64,000 nucleotides of DNA. It comes from Eukaryota sp. GEM-RC1 (lineage: Eukaryota). The notes below the pieces were generated by a model, which did not search any database, was not told where the DNA came from, and worked only from the letters and a program-made list of their open reading frames with translations. The position numbers and the translations under genes were made by a program. Below, piece after piece: positions 12,783 through 27,697 of the stretch; the first letter of the stretch is position 1; the number at the start of each line of letters is the position of its first letter. The stretch spans positions 1,426,001-1,490,000 of the forward strand of contig JAUFOQ010000003.1 in the NCBI GenBank assembly GCA_040285855.1. The letters run 5' to 3'.

Positions 12783-15451
12783 GGAACTATAACATCAGCT
12801 CTTCTTTTACCAAAAGTCTTATCAAAATCACTATTTTTTAAATTATTGATTTCCAGTGATCTCAACAGTGGCTCAACAAAAGATTCGATTTTGTAGGACT
12901 TACACATGGCATGAATTTGATCTCTAACAGCATCATGAATACAAGTTCTATAAGTAATGAAACGATTACAACTCAAAAGGTGAGAAAAAGTAACCAATTT
13001 ACCACATTTACATTGAAGATCATTGGGTAAATTAGAGGGCCACAAGAAACATCGAAGTCTGAAAGTAGTAGTCCATTGATGATCATTCAACAACAAACCA
13101 TAAATCTGAGGAATTTGGTTAATCAAAGCAACTGATCCTTCAAATCAATTAAATAATTTGCGAACGCTCGATTTTTTTCTTTGGTCGAGCCAAGTCGAAT
13201 TTTAAAATCCAGACATTCAAAATGTTTTAAAAGGTGTTTTTGGAGTTTCTTAAGAGCATATTTTAACGAGGTGACACATCGTTCTGGTATTTCACAAATA
13301 TCTGGTGGAAAACACGTTTGCCAGAGGGCAGGTGAAATTAGCGACAATTCTGGTCTCAAATTTACCAAGATAAAACTACTTGTCGAAAGAAGAAGATTTT
13401 CTAGACTTGGGTAACGTCTACAGAACTCAAAGACAAAATTCTTACCACCACCAATGAAAGCAGATTTGGTCCACCATTTAGACGAAGTGAAACCAATACC
13501 ACCAAGATGAGGACCTGGGAAGATGTGATTGTTCAAAGCAGGAGGATCCACTGATAACAAAAATGCAAGAAAGTCAGTACGAATTTTGTTAAAGCTTCTA
13601 CAGAAGTTATAGGTAAGTACAGGGGGTAGAGAGCGAAGCAGATGAGTAACTTTTCCTGAATAACTTTTTTTATAAAAAACAGTTTATTTAACAAAAACAC
13701 TAAAATAGACACAAATACTAGAACTCAATATCATTGAAGCAACAATCATTGCCATTAAAACTCACATCAGCTTTTTCTTCATAAAAAACACTGAGAGCTA
13801 ATAGAGCTTTTGAAATCATGATAGGAAATGTTTTAAATATTGTAAAAACAATACGATTCAACCAAAATTTGAAATCAAATTTCTTGTTCATTCTTTTTTT
13901 AACCACTTTCTCAAAATCGGAGAGAAAACAAAGAGCATCTCTACCAAGTCGACCATAAATTGAAATTGCAAAAGGACATAATTTGTACTCAACATGTCTA
14001 ATATGTTTGAGAGCAGTCAGTGGTTCATCATATTTGTTTCTCTTGTATTGTTCTGAAGAATTCAGTGGAGAAACTTCATTTTTAGCATCCTTGAAAGCAC
14101 TTTTTTTGCAAACATCCACAGTAATCACATCAACAACGGTTAGTTCATCGTTGACTGATGGAACTATGACATCAGCTCTTCTTTTACCAAAAGTCTTATC
14201 AGAATCACTATTTTTTGAATTATTGATTTCCAGTGACCTCAACAGTGGCTCAACGAAAGATTCGATTTTGTAGGACTTACACATGGCATGAATTTGATCT
14301 CTAACAGCATCATGAATACAAGTTCTATAAGTAATGAAACGATTACAACTCAAATGGTGAGAAAAAGTCACTGATTTACCACATTTACATTGAAGATCAT
14401 TGGGTAAATTAGAGGGCCACAAGAAACATCGAAGTCTGAATGTTGTAGTCCATTGATGATCATTCAACAACAAACCATAAATCTGAGGAATCAAAGCAAC
14501 TGAAGAACTGTCCTTCAAATCGATTAAAAAATTTGCGAAAGCTGGTTCTCAAAATCAGAGAGAAAACAAAGAGCATCTCTACCAAGTCGACCATAAATTG
14601 AAATTGCAAAAGGACATAATTTGTACTCAACATGTCTAATATGTTTGAGAGCAGTCAGTGGTTCATCATATTTGTTTCTCTTGTATTGTTCTGAAGAATT
14701 CAGTGGAGAAACTTCATTTTTAGCATCCTTGAAAGCACTTTTTTTGCAAACATCCACAGTAATCACATCAACAACGGTTAGTTCATCGTTGACTGATGGA
14801 ACTATGACATCAGCTCTTCTTTTACCAAAAGTCTTATCAGAATCGCCATTTTTGAATTATTGATCTCCAGTGACCTCAACAGTGGCTCAACAAAAGATTC
14901 GATTTTGTAGGACTTACACATGGCATGAATTTGATCTCTAACAGCATCATGAATACAAGTTCTATAAGTAATGAAACGATTACAACTCAAATGGTGAGAA
15001 AAAGTAACTAATTTACCACATTTACATTGAAGATCATTGGGTAAATTAGAGGGCCACAAGAAACATCGAAGTCTGAATGTTGTAGTCCATTGATGATCAT
15101 TCAACAACAAACCATAAATCTGAGGAATTTGGTTAATCAAAGCAACTGAAGAACTGTCCTTCAAATCGATTAAAAAATTTGCGAAAGCTGGTTCTCAAAA
15201 TCAGAGAGAAAACAAAGAGCATCTCTACCAAGTCGACCATAAATTGAAATTGCAAAGGACATAATTTGTACTCAACATGTCTAATATGTTTGAGAGCAGT
15301 CAATGGTTCATCATATTTGTTTCTCTTGTGTTGTTCTAGAATTCAGTGGAGAAACTTCATTTTTAGCATACTTGAATGCACTTTTTTTGCAAACATCCAC
15401 AGTAATCACATCAACAACGGTTAGTTCATCATTGACTGATGGAACTATAAC

Positions 15452-15864
15452 GATGCTAAAAATGAAGTTTCTCCATTGAATTCTTCAGAACAATACAAGA
15501 GAAACAAATATGATGAACCACTGACTGCTCTCAAACATATTAGACATGTTGAGTACAAATTATGTCCTTTGCAATTTCAATTTATGGTCGACTTGGTAGA
15601 GATGCTCTTGTTTTCTCTGATTTTGAGAAAGTGGTCAAAAAAAGAATGAACAAGAAATTTGATTTCAAATTTTGGTTGAATCGTATTGTTTTTACAATAT
15701 TTAAAACAATTCCTATCATGATTTCAAAAGCTCTATTAGCTCTCAGTGTTTTTTATGAAGAAAAAGCTGATGTGAGTTTTAATGGCAATGATTGTTGCTT
15801 TAATGATATTGAATTCTAGTATTTGTGTTTATTTTAATGTTTTTAATAAAGAGAATTTTAAAAA
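15452..15864 (+). mobile_element. Duplicate of the antisense family A retrocopy
   Basis: Same ends and same TSD GGAACTATAAC (15441-15451 and 15865-15875). Confidence 0.92.
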
Positions 15865-16634
15865 GGAACTATAACATCAGCTCTTCTTTTACCAAAAGTC
15901 TTATCAAAATCACTATTTTTTAAATTATTGATTTCCAGTGATCTCAACAGTGGCTCAACAAAAGATTCGATTTTGTAGGACTTACACATGGCATGAATTT
16001 GATCTCTAACAGCATCATGAATACAAGTTCTATAAGTAATGAAACGATTACAACTCAAAAGGTGAGAAAAAGTAACCAATTTACCACATTTACATTGAAG
16101 ATCATTGGGTAAATTAGAGGGCCACAAGAAACATCGAAGTCTGAAAGTAGTAGTCCATTGATGATCATTCAACAACAAACCATAAATCTGAGGAATTTGG
16201 TTAATCAAAGCAACTGATCCTTCAAATCAATTAAATAATTTGCGAACGCTCGATTTTTTTCTTTGGCCGAGCCAAGTCGAATTTTAAAATCCAGACATTC
16301 AAAATGTTTTAAAAGGTGTTTTTGGAGTTTCTTAAGAGCAAAATTTTAACGAGGTGACACATCGTTCTGGTATTTCACAAATATCTGCTGGAAAACAAAT
16401 TTGCCAGAGGTAAGGTGAAATTAGCGACAATTCTGATCTCAAATTTACCAAGACAAAACTACTTGTCGGAAAAAAAGAAGATTTTCTTGAACGTTTACAG
16501 AACTCAAAGACAAAATTCTTACCACCACCAATGAAAGCAGATTTGGTCCAGCATTTAGACGAAGTGAAACCAATACCACCAAGATGAGGGTCTGGGAAGA
16601 TGTGATTGTTCAAAGCAGCAGGATTTACTGATAA

Positions 16635-19600
16635 GTGAGAAGATGTTTATGGATCAAAAACACTAAAATAAAACCAAATACTAGAACTCAATGTCATTAA
16701 AGCAACAATCATTGCCATTAAAACTCACATCAGCTTTTTCTTCATAAAAAACACTGAGAGCTAATAGAGCTTTTGAAATCATAATAGGAATTGATTTAAA
16801 TATTGTAAAGACAATACGATTCAACCAAAATTTGAAATCAAATTTCTTGTTCATTCTTTTTTTTGACTATTTTCTCAAAATCAGAGAGAGAAAAAAGAGC
16901 ATCTCTACCAAGTCGACCATAAATTGAAATTGCAAAAGGACATTATTTGTACTCAACATGTCTAATATGTTTGAGAGCAGTCAATGGTTCATCATATGTG
17001 ATTCTTTTGTATTGTTCTGAAGAATTCAGTGGAGAAACTGCATTTTTAGCATCCTTGAATGCACTTTTTTGCAAACATCCACAGTAATCACATCAACAAC
17101 GGTTAGTTCATCATTGACTGAAGGAACTATAACATCAGCTCTTCTTTTACCAAAAGTCTTATCAAAATCACTATTTTTTAAATTATTGATTTCCAGTGAT
17201 CTCAACAGTGGCTCAACAAAAGATTCGATTTTGTAGGACTTACACATGGCATGAATTTGATCTCTAACAGCATCATGAATACAAGTTCTATAAGTAATGA
17301 AACGATTACAACTCAAAAGGTGAGAAAAAGTAACAAATTTACCACATTTACATTGAAGATCATTGGGTAAATTGGAGGGCCACAAGAAACATCGAAGTCT
17401 GAAAGTAGTAGTCCATTGATGATCATTCAACAACAAACCATAAATCTGAGGAATTTGGTTAATCAAAGCAATTGAAGAACTGTCCTTCAAATCAATTAAA
17501 AATTTGCGAATGCTGGATTTTTTTCTTTGGCCGAGCCAAGTCGAATTTTAAAATCCAGACATTCAAAATGTTTTAAAAGGTGTTTTTGGAGTTTCTTAAG
17601 AGCAACATTTTAACGAGGTGACACATCGTTCTGGTATTTCACAAATATCTGCTGGAAAACACGTTTGCCAGAGGGCAGGTGAAATTAGCGACAATTCTGA
17701 TCTCAAATTTACCAAGACAAAACTACTTGTCGGAAAAAAAAGAAGATTTTCTTGACTTGGGTAACGTTTACAGAACTCAAAGACAAAACTCTTACCACCA
17801 CCAATGAAAGCAGATTTGGTCCAGCATTTAGAAGAAGTGAAACCAATACCACCAAGATGAGGGTCTGGGAAGATGTGATTGTTCAAAGCAGCAAGATTTA
17901 CTGATAAGTGAGAAGATGTTTATGGATCAAAAACACTAAAATAAAACCAAATACTAGAACTCAATGTCATTAAAGCAACAATCATTGCCATTAAAACTCA
18001 CATCAGCTTTTTCTTCATAAAAAACACTGAGAGCTAATAGAGCTTTTGAAATCATGATAGGAAATGTTTTAAATATTGTAAAAACAATACGATTCAACCA
18101 AAATTTGAAATCAAATTTCTTGTTCATTCTTTTTTAACCACTTTCTCAAAATCGGAGAGAAAACAAAGAGCATCTCTACCAAGTCGACCATAAATTGAAA
18201 TTGCAAAAGGACATAATTTGTACTCAACATGTCTAATATGTTTGAGAGCAGTCAGTGGTTCATGATATTTGTTTCTCTTGTGCTGTTCTAGAATTCAGTG
18301 GAGAAACTTCATTTTTAGCATACTTGAATGCACTTTTTTTGCAAACATCCACAGTAATCACATCAACAACGGTTAGTTCATCATTGACTGAAGGAACTAT
18401 AACATCAGCTCTTCTTTTACCAAAAGTCTTATCAAAATCACTATTTTTTAAATTATTGATTTCCAGTGATCTCAACAGTGGCTCAACAAAAGATTCGATT
18501 TTGTAGGACTTACACATGGCATGAATTTGATCTCTGACAGCATCATGAATACAAGTTCTATAAGTAATGAAACGATTACAACTCAAAAGGTGAGAAAAAG
18601 TAACTAATTTACCACATTTATATTGAAGATCATTGGTTAAATTAGAGGGCCACAAGAAACATCGAAGTCTGAATGTCATCGTCTATTGATGATCATTCAA
18701 CAACAAACCATAAATCTGACGAATTTGGTTAATCAAAGCAACTGAAGAACTGTCCTTCAAATCAATTAAAAAATTTGCGAACGCTCGATTTTTTTCTTTG
18801 GCCGAGCCAAGTCGAATTTTAAAATCCAGACATTCAAAATGTTTTAAAAGGTGTTTTTGGAGTTTCTTAAGAGCAAAATTTTAACGAGGTGACACATCGT
18901 TCTGGTATTTCACAAATATCTGCTGGAAAACAAATTTGCCAGAGGTCAGGTCAAATTAGCGACAATTCTGATCTCAAATTTACCAAGACAAAACTACTTG
19001 TCGGAAAAAAGAAGATTTTCTTGACTTGGGTAACGTTTACAGAACTCAAAGACAAAATTCTTACCACCACCAATGAAAGCAGATTTGGTCCAGCATTTAG
19101 ACGAAGTGAAACCAATACCACCAAGATGAGGGTCTGGGAAGATGTGATTGTTCAAAGCAGCAGGATTTACTGATAAGTGAGAAGATGTTTATGGATCAAA
19201 AACACTAAAATAAAACCAAATACTAGAACTCAATGTCATTAAAGCAACAATCATTGCCATTAAAACTCACATCAGCTTTTTTCTTCATAAAAAACACTGA
19301 GAGCTAATAGAGCTTTTGAAATCATAATAGGAATTGATTTAAATATTGTAAAGACAATACGATTCAACCAAAATTTGAAATCAAATTTCTTGTTCATTCT
19401 TTTTTTTGACTATTTTCTCAAAATCAGAGAGAGAAAAAAGAGCATCTCTACCAAGTCGACCATAAATTGAAATTGCAAAAGGACATTATTTGTACTCAAC
19501 ATGTCTAATATGTTTGAGAGCAGTCAATGGTTCATCATATGTGATTCTCTTGTATTGTTCTGAAGAATTCAGTGGAGAAACTGCATTTTTAGCATCCTTG

Positions 19601-22600
19601 AATGCACTTTTTTTTGCAAACATCCACAGTAATCACATCAACAACGGTTAGTTCATCATTGACTGAAGGAACTATAACATCAGCTCTTCTTTTACCAAAA
19701 GTCTTATCAAAATCACTATTTTTTAAATTATTGATTTCCAGTGATCTCAACAGTGGCTCAACAAAAGATTCGATTTTGTAGGACTTACACATGGCATGAA
19801 TTTGATCTCTAACAGCATCATGAATACAAGTTCTATAAGTAATGAAACGATTCCAACTCAAAAGGTGAGAAAAAGTAACAAATTTACCACATTTGCATTG
19901 AAGATCATTGGGTAAATTGGAGGGCCACAAGAAACATCGAAGTCTGAAAGTAGTAGTCCATTGATGATCATTCAACAACAAACCATAAATCTGAGGAATT
20001 TGGTTAATCAAAGCAACTGAAGAACTGTCCTTCAAATTAATTAAAAAATTTGCGAACGCTCGATTTTTTTCTTTGGCCGAGCCAAGTCGAATTTTAAAAT
20101 CCAGACATTCAAAATGTTTTAAAAGGTGTTTTTGGAGTTTCTTAAGAGCAAAATTTTAACGAGGTGACACATCGTTCTGGTATTTCACAAATATCTGCTG
20201 GAAAACAAATTTGCCAGAGGTCAGGTCAAATTAGCGACAATTCTGATCTCAAATTTACCAAGACAAAACTACTTGTCGGAAAAAAAGAAGATTTTCTTGA
20301 CTTGGGTAACGTTTACAGAACTCAAAGACAAAATTCTTACCACCACCAATGAAAGCAGATTTGGTCCAGCATTTAGACGAAGTGAAACCAATACCACCAA
20401 GATGAGGGTCTGGGAAGATGTGATTGTTCAAAGCAGCAGGATTTACTGATAAGTGAGAAGATGTTTATGGATCAAAAACACTAAAATAAAACCAAATACT
20501 AGAACTCAATGTCATTAAAGCAACAATCATTGCCATTAAAACTCACATCAGCTTTTTCTTCATAAAAAACACTGAGAGCTAATAGAGCTTTTGAAATCAT
20601 AATAGGAATTGATTTAAATATTGTAAAGACAATACGATTCAACCAAAATTTGAAATCAAATTTCTTGTTCATTCTTTTTTTTGACTATTTTCTCAAAATC
20701 AGAGAGAGAAAAAAGAGCATCTCTACCAAGTCGACCATAAATTGAAATTGCAAAAGGACATTATTTGTACTCAACATGTCTAATATGTTTGAGAGCAGTC
20801 AATGGTTCATCATATGTGATTCTCTTGTATTGTTCTGAAGAATTCAGTGGAGAAACTGCATTTTTAGCATCCTTGAATGCACTTTTTTTGCAAACATCCA
20901 CAGTAATCACATCAACAACGGTTAGTTCATCATTGACTGAAGGAACTATAACATCAGCTCTTCTTTTACCAAAAGTCTTATCAAAATCACTATTTTTTAA
21001 ATTATTGATTTCCAGTGATCTCAACAGTGGCTCAACAAAAGATTCGATTTTGTAGGACTTACACATGGCATGAATTTGATCTCTAACAGCATCATGAATA
21101 CAAGTTCTATAAGTAATGAAACGATTACAACTCAAAAGGTGAGAAAAAGTAACAAATTTACCACATTTACATTGAAGATCATTGGGTAAATTGGAGGGCC
21201 ACAAGAAACATCGAAGTCTGAAAGTAGTAGTCCATTGATGATCATTCAACAACAAACCATAAATCTGAGGAATTTGGTTAATCAAAGCAACTGATCCTTC
21301 AAATCAATTAAATAATTTGCGAACGCTGGATTTTTTTCTTTGGTCGAGCCAAGTCGAATTTTAAAATCTAGACATTCAAAATGTTTTAAAAGGTGTAAAT
21401 TAGAGGGCCACAAGAAACATCGAAGTCTGAATGTTATCGTCTATTGATGATCATTCAACAACAAACCATAAATCTGAGGAATTTGGTTAATCAAAGCAAC
21501 TGATCCTTCAAATCAATTAAATAATTTGCGAACGCTCGATTTTTTTCTTTGGCCGAGCCAAGTCGAATTTTAAAATCCAGACATTCAAAATGTTTTAAAA
21601 GGTGTTTTTGGAGTTTCTTAAGAGCAAAATTTTAACGAGGTGACACATCGTTCTGGTATTTCACAAATATCTGCTGGAAAACAAATTTGCCAGAGGTAAG
21701 GTGAAATTAGCGACAATTCTGATCTCAAATTTACCAAGACAAAACTACTTGTCGGAAAAAAAAGAAGATTTTCTTGACTTGGGTAACGTTTACAGAACTC
21801 AAAGACAAAATTCTTTCCACCACCAATGAAAGCAGATTTGGTCCAGCATTTAGACGAAGTGAAACCAATACCACCAAGATGAGGGTCTGGGAAGATGTGA
21901 TTGTTCAAAGCAGCAGGATTTACTGATAAGTGAGAAGATGTTTATGGATCAAAAACACTAAAATAAAACCAAATACTAGAACTCAATGTCATTAAAGCAA
22001 CAATCATTGCCATTAAAACTCACATCAGCTTTTTCTTCATAAAAAACACTGAGAGCTAATAGAGCTTTTGAAATCATAATAGGAATTGATTTAAATATTG
22101 TAAAGACAATACGATTCAACCAAAATTTGAAATCAAATTTCTTGTTCATTCTTTTTTTTTGACTATTTTCTCAAAATCAGAGAGAGAAAAAAGAGCATCT
22201 CTACCAAGTCGACCATAAATTGAAATTGCAAAAGGACATTATTTGTACTCAACATGTCTAATATGTTTGAGAGCAGTCAATGGTTCATCATATGTGATTC
22301 TCTTGTATTGTTCTGAAGAATTCAGTGGAGAAACTGCATTTTTAGCATCCTTGAATGCACTTTTTTGCAAACATCCACAGTAATCACATCAACAACGGTT
22401 AGTTCATCATTGACTGAAGGAACTATAACATCAGCTCTTCTTTTACCAAAAGTCTTATCAAAATCACTATTTTTTGAATTATTGATTTCCAGTGACCTCA
22501 ACAGTGGCTCAACGAAAGATTCGATTTTGTAGGACTTACACATGGCATGAATTTGATCTCTGACAGCATCATGAATACAAGTTCTATAAGTAATGAAACG

Positions 22601-24702
22601 ATTACAACTCAAAAGGTGAGAAAAAGAAACAAATTTACCACATTTACATTGAAGATCATTGGGTAAATTGGAGGGCCACAAGAAACATCGAAGTCTGAAT
22701 GTTGTAGTCCATTGATGATCATTCAACAACAAACCATAAATCTGAGGAATTTGGTTAATCAAAGCAACTGATCCTTCAAATCAATTAAATAATTTGCGAA
22801 CGCTGGATTTTTTTTCTTTGGTCGAGCCAAGTCGAATTTTAAAATCTAGACATTCAAAATGTTTTAAAAGGTGTAAATTAGAGGGCCACAAGAAACATCG
22901 AAGTCTGAATGTTATCGTCTATTGATGATCATTCAACAACAAACCATAAATCTGAGGAATTTGGTTAATCAAAGCAACTGATCCTTCAAATCAATTAAAT
23001 AATTTGCGAACGCTCGATTTTTTTCTTTGGCCGAGCCAAGTCGAATTTTAAAATCCAGACATTCAAAATGTTTTAAAAGGTGTTTTTGGAGTTTCTTAAG
23101 AGCAAAATTTTAACGAGGTGACACATCGTTCTGGTATTTCACAAATATCTGCTGGAAAACAAATTTGCCAGAGGTAAGGTGAAATTAGCGACAATTCTGA
23201 TCTCAAATTTACCAAGACAAAACTACTTGTCGGAAAAAAAAGAAGATTTTCTTGACTTGGGTAACGTTTACAGAACTCAAAGACAAAATTCTTTCCACCA
23301 CCAATGAAAGCAGATTTGGTCCAGCATTTAGACGAAGTGAAACCAATACCACCAAGATGAGGGTCTGGGAAGATGTGATTGTTCAAAGCAGCAGGATTTA
23401 CTGATAAGTGAGAAGATGTTTATGGATCAAAAACACTAAAATAAAACCAAATACTAGAACTCAATGTCATTAAAGCAACAATCATTGCCATTAAAACTCA
23501 CATCAGCTTTTTTCTTCATAAAAAACACTGAGAGCTAATAGAGCTTTTGAAATCATAATAGGAATTGATTTAAATATTGTAAAGACAATACGATTCAACC
23601 AAAATTTGAAATCAAATTTCTTGTTCATTCTTTTTTTTGACTATTTTCTCAAAATCAGAGAGAGAAAAAGAGCATCTCTACCAAGTCGACCATAAATTGA
23701 AATTGCAAAAGGACATTATTTGTACTCAACATGTCTAATATGTTTGAGAGCAGTCAATGGTTCATCATATGTGATTCTCTTGTATTGTTCTGAAGAATTC
23801 AGTGGAGAAACTGCATTTTTAGCATCCTTGAATGCACTTTTTTTGCAAACATCCACAGTAATCACATCAACAACGGTTAGTTCATCATTGACTGAAGGAA
23901 CTATAACATCAGCTCTTCTTTTACCAAAAGTCTTATCAAAATCACTATTTTTTGAATTATTGATTTCCAGTGACCTCAACAGTGGCTCAACGAAAGATTC
24001 GATTTTGTAGGACTTACACATGGCATGAATTTGATCTCTGACAGCATCATGAATACAAGTTCTATAAGTAATGAAACGATTACAACTCAAAAGGTGAGAA
24101 AAAGAAACAAATTTACCACATTTACATTGAAGATCATTGGGTAAATTGGAGGGCCACAAGAAACATCGAAGTCTGAATGTTGTAGTCCATTGATGATCAT
24201 TCAACAACAAACCATAAATCTGAGGAATTTGGTTAATCAAAGCAATTGAAGAACTGTCCTTCAAATCAATTAAAGAATTTGCGAATGCTGGATTTTTTTC
24301 TTTGGCCGAGCCAAGTCGAATTTTAAAATCCAGACATTCAAAATGTTTTAAAAGGTGTTTTTGGAGTTTCTTAAGAACAAAATTTTAACGAGGTGACACA
24401 TCGTTCTGGTATTTCACAAATAACTGCTGGAAAACAAATTTGCCAGAGGTCAGGTGAAATTAGCGACAATTCTGATCTCAAATTTACCAAGACAAAACGA
24501 CTTGTCGGAAAAAAATGAAGATTTTCTTGACTTGGGTAACGTTTACAGAACTCAAAGACAAAATTCTTACCACCACCAATGAAAGCAGATTTGGTCCAGC
24601 ATATAGACGAAGTGAAACCAATACCACCAAGATGAGGGTCTGGGAAGATGTGATTGTTCAAAGCAGCAGGATTTACTGATAAGTGAGAAGATGTTTATGG
24701 AT
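16635..24702 (-). repeat. ~1274 bp units, second block, including two 1477-1478 bp variants
   Basis: The linker occurs at 16635, 17908, 19177, 20453, 21930, 23408 and 24683. Two adjacent units share a ~209 bp internal duplication with junction AAAAGGTGT|AAATTAGAGGG near 21396 and 22874. Confidence 0.93.
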
Positions 24703-24959
24703 CAAAAACACTAAAATAAAACCAAATACTAGAACTCAATGTCATTAAAGCAACAATCATTGCCATTAAAACTCACATCAGCTTTTTTCTTCATAAAAAA
24801 CACTGAGAGCTAATAGAGCTTTTGAAATCATGATAGGAATTGTTTTAAATATTGTAAAAACAATACGATTCAACCAAAATTTGAAATCAAATTTCTTGTT
24901 CATTCTTTTTTGACCACTTTATCAAAATCAGAGAGAAAACAAAGAGCATTTCTACCAAG

Positions 24960-25024
24960 CAGAGTGAGCAAACACGCGGTGTTAAGGATTTTGGTAGCGT
25001 GTCAACACGTGTTTGCTCACTCTG
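24960..25024. mobile_element. 65 bp hAT-type MITE
   Basis: Perfect 17 bp TIRs (CAGAGTGAGCAAACACG / CGTGTTTGCTCACTCTG) and an 8 bp TSD CTACCAAG (24952-24959 and 25025-25032). The empty site CTCTACCAAGTCGACC is visible in the other units. Confidence 0.93.
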
Positions 25025-26295
25025 CTACCAAGTCGACCATAAATTGAAATTGCAAAAGGACATATTTTGTACTCAACATGTCTAATATGTTTGAGAGTAG
25101 TCAATGGTTCATCATATTTGTTTCTCTTGTGCTGTTCTAGAATTCAGTGGAGAAACTGCATTTTTAGCATCCTTGAATGCACTTTTTTTGCAAACATCCA
25201 CAGTAATCACATCAACAACGGTTAGTTCATCATTGACTGAAGGAACTATAACATCAGCTCTTCTTTTACCAAAAGTCTTATCAAAATCACTATTTTTTAA
25301 ATTATTGATTTCCAGTGATCTCAACAGTGGCTCAACAAAAGATTCGATTTTGTAGGACTTACACATGGCATGAATTTGATCTCTGACAGCATCATGAATA
25401 CAAGTTCTATAAGTAATGAAACGATTACAACTCAAAAGGTGAGAAAAAGTAACAAATTTACCACATTTACATTGAAGATCATTGGGTAAATTAGAGGGCC
25501 ACAAGAAACATCGAAGTCTGAAAGTAGTAGTCCATTGATGATCATTCAACAACAAACCATAAATCTGAGGAATTTGGTTAATCAAAGCAACTGATCCTTC
25601 AAATCAATTAAAATTTGCGAATGCTGGATTTTTTTCTTTGGCCGAGCCAAGTCGAATTTTAAAATCCAGACATTCAAAATGTTTTAAAAGGTGTTTTTGG
25701 AGTTTCTTAAGAGCAAAATTTTAACGAGGTGACACATCGTTCTGGTATTTCACAAATATCTGCTGGAAAACAAATTTGCCAGAGGTCAGGTGAAATTAGC
25801 GACAATTCTGATCTCAAATTTACCAAGACAAAACTACTTGTCGGAAAAAAATGAAGATTTTCTTGACTTGGGTAACGTTTACAGAACTCAAAGACAAAAT
25901 TCTTACCACCACCAATGAAAGCAGATTTGGTCCAGCATATAGACGAAGTGAAACCAATACCACCAAGATGAGGGTCTGGGAAGATGTGATTGTTCAAAGC
26001 AGCAGGATTTACTGATAAGTGAGAAGATGTTTATGGATCAAAAACACTAAAATAAAACCAAATACTAGAACTCAATGTCATTAAAGCAACAATCATTGCC
26101 ATTAAAACTCACATCAGCTTTTTCTTAATAAAAAACACTGAGAGCTAATAGAGCTTTTGAAATCATGATAGGAATTGTTTTAAATATTGTAAAAACAATA
26201 CGATTCAACCAAAATTTGAAATCAAATTTCTTGTTCATTCTTTTTTTGACCACTTTATCAAAATCAGAGAGAAAACAAAGAGCATTTCTACCAAG

Positions 26296-26360
26296 CAGAG
26301 TGAGCAAACACGCGGTGTTAAGGATTTTGGTAGCGTGTCAACACGTGTTTGCTCACTCTG
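26296..26360. mobile_element. 65 bp hAT-type MITE (copy 2)
   Basis: Same TIRs and TSD at the homologous site. Confidence 0.93.
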
Positions 26361-27632
26361 CTACCAAGTCGACCATAAATTGAAATTGCAAAAGGACATA
26401 ATTTGTACTCAACATGTCTAATATGTTTGAGAGTAGTCAATGGTTCATCATATTTGTTTCTCTTGTGCTGTTCTAGAATTCAGTGGAGAAACTGCATTTT
26501 TAGCATCCTTGAATGCACTTTTTTTGCAAACATCCACAGTAATCACATCAACAACGGTTAGTTCATCATTGACTGAAGGAACTATAACATCAGCTCTTCT
26601 TTTACCAAAAGTCTTATCAAAATCACTATTTTTTAAATTATTGATTTCCAGTGATCTCAACAGTGGCTCAACAAAAGATTCGATTTTGTAGGACTTACAC
26701 ATGGCATGAATTTGATCTCTGACAGCATCATGAATACAAGTTCTATAAGTAATGAAACGATTACAACTCAAAAGGTGAGAAAAAGTAACAAATTTACCAC
26801 ATTTACATTGAAGATCATTGGGTAAATTAGAGGGCCACAAGAAACATCGAAGTCTGAAAGTAGTAGTCCATTGATGATCATTCAACAACAAACCATAAAT
26901 CTGAGGAATTTGGTTAATCAAAGCAACTGATCCTTCAAATCAATTAAATAATTTGCGAACGCTGGATTTTTTTTCTTTGGTCGAGCCAAGTCGAATTTTA
27001 AAATCCAGACATTCAAAATGTTTTCAAAGGTGTTTTTGGAGTTTCTTAAGAGCATATTTTAACGAGGTGACACATCGTTCTGGTATTTCACAAATATCTG
27101 CTGGAAAACACGTTTGCCAGAGGGCAGGTGAAATTAGCGACAATTCTGATCTCAAATTTACCAAGACAAAACTACTTGTCGGAAAAAAAAGAAGATTTTC
27201 TTGACTTGGGTAACGTTTACAGAACTCAAAGACAAAATTCTTTCCACCACCAATGAAAGCAGATTTGGTCCAGCATTTAGACGAAGTGAAACCAATACCA
27301 CCAAGATGAGGGTCTGGGAAGATGTGATTGTTCAAAGCAGCAGGATTTACTGATAAGTGAGAAGATGTTTATGGATCAAAAACACTAAAATAAAACCAAA
27401 TACTAGAACTCAATGTCATTAAAGCAACAATCATTGCCATTAAAACTCACATCAGCTTTTTCTTCATAAAAAACACTGAGAGCTAATAGAGCTTTTGAAA
27501 TCATGATAGGAATTGTTTTAAATATTGTAAAAACAATACGATTCAACCAAAATTTGAAATCAAATTTCTTGTTCATTCTTTTTTGACCACTTTATCAAAA
27601 TCAGAGAGAAAACAAAGAGCATTTCTACCAAG

Positions 27633-27697
27633 CAGAGTGAGCAAACACGCGGTGTTAAGGATTTTGGTAGCGTGTCAACACGTGTTTGCTCACTCTG
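27633..27697. mobile_element. 65 bp hAT-type MITE (copy 3)
   Basis: Same TIRs and TSD at the homologous site. Confidence 0.93.

Larger units (their letters stand above)
9654..16634. repeat. Higher-order repeat of ~2.45 kb (two family A fragments plus an inverted insertion), about three copies
   Basis: The inverted insert starts at 9915, 12367 and 15452. Spacings are 2452 and 3085 bp, the latter containing an extra 644-type unit. A-tail junctions lie near 11215 and 13664. Confidence 0.9.

Noticed and set aside
24960..25024. Intrinsic terminator or structured ncRNA hairpin
   Set aside because: The 8 bp TSD and matching empty sites show it is an inserted TIR element.
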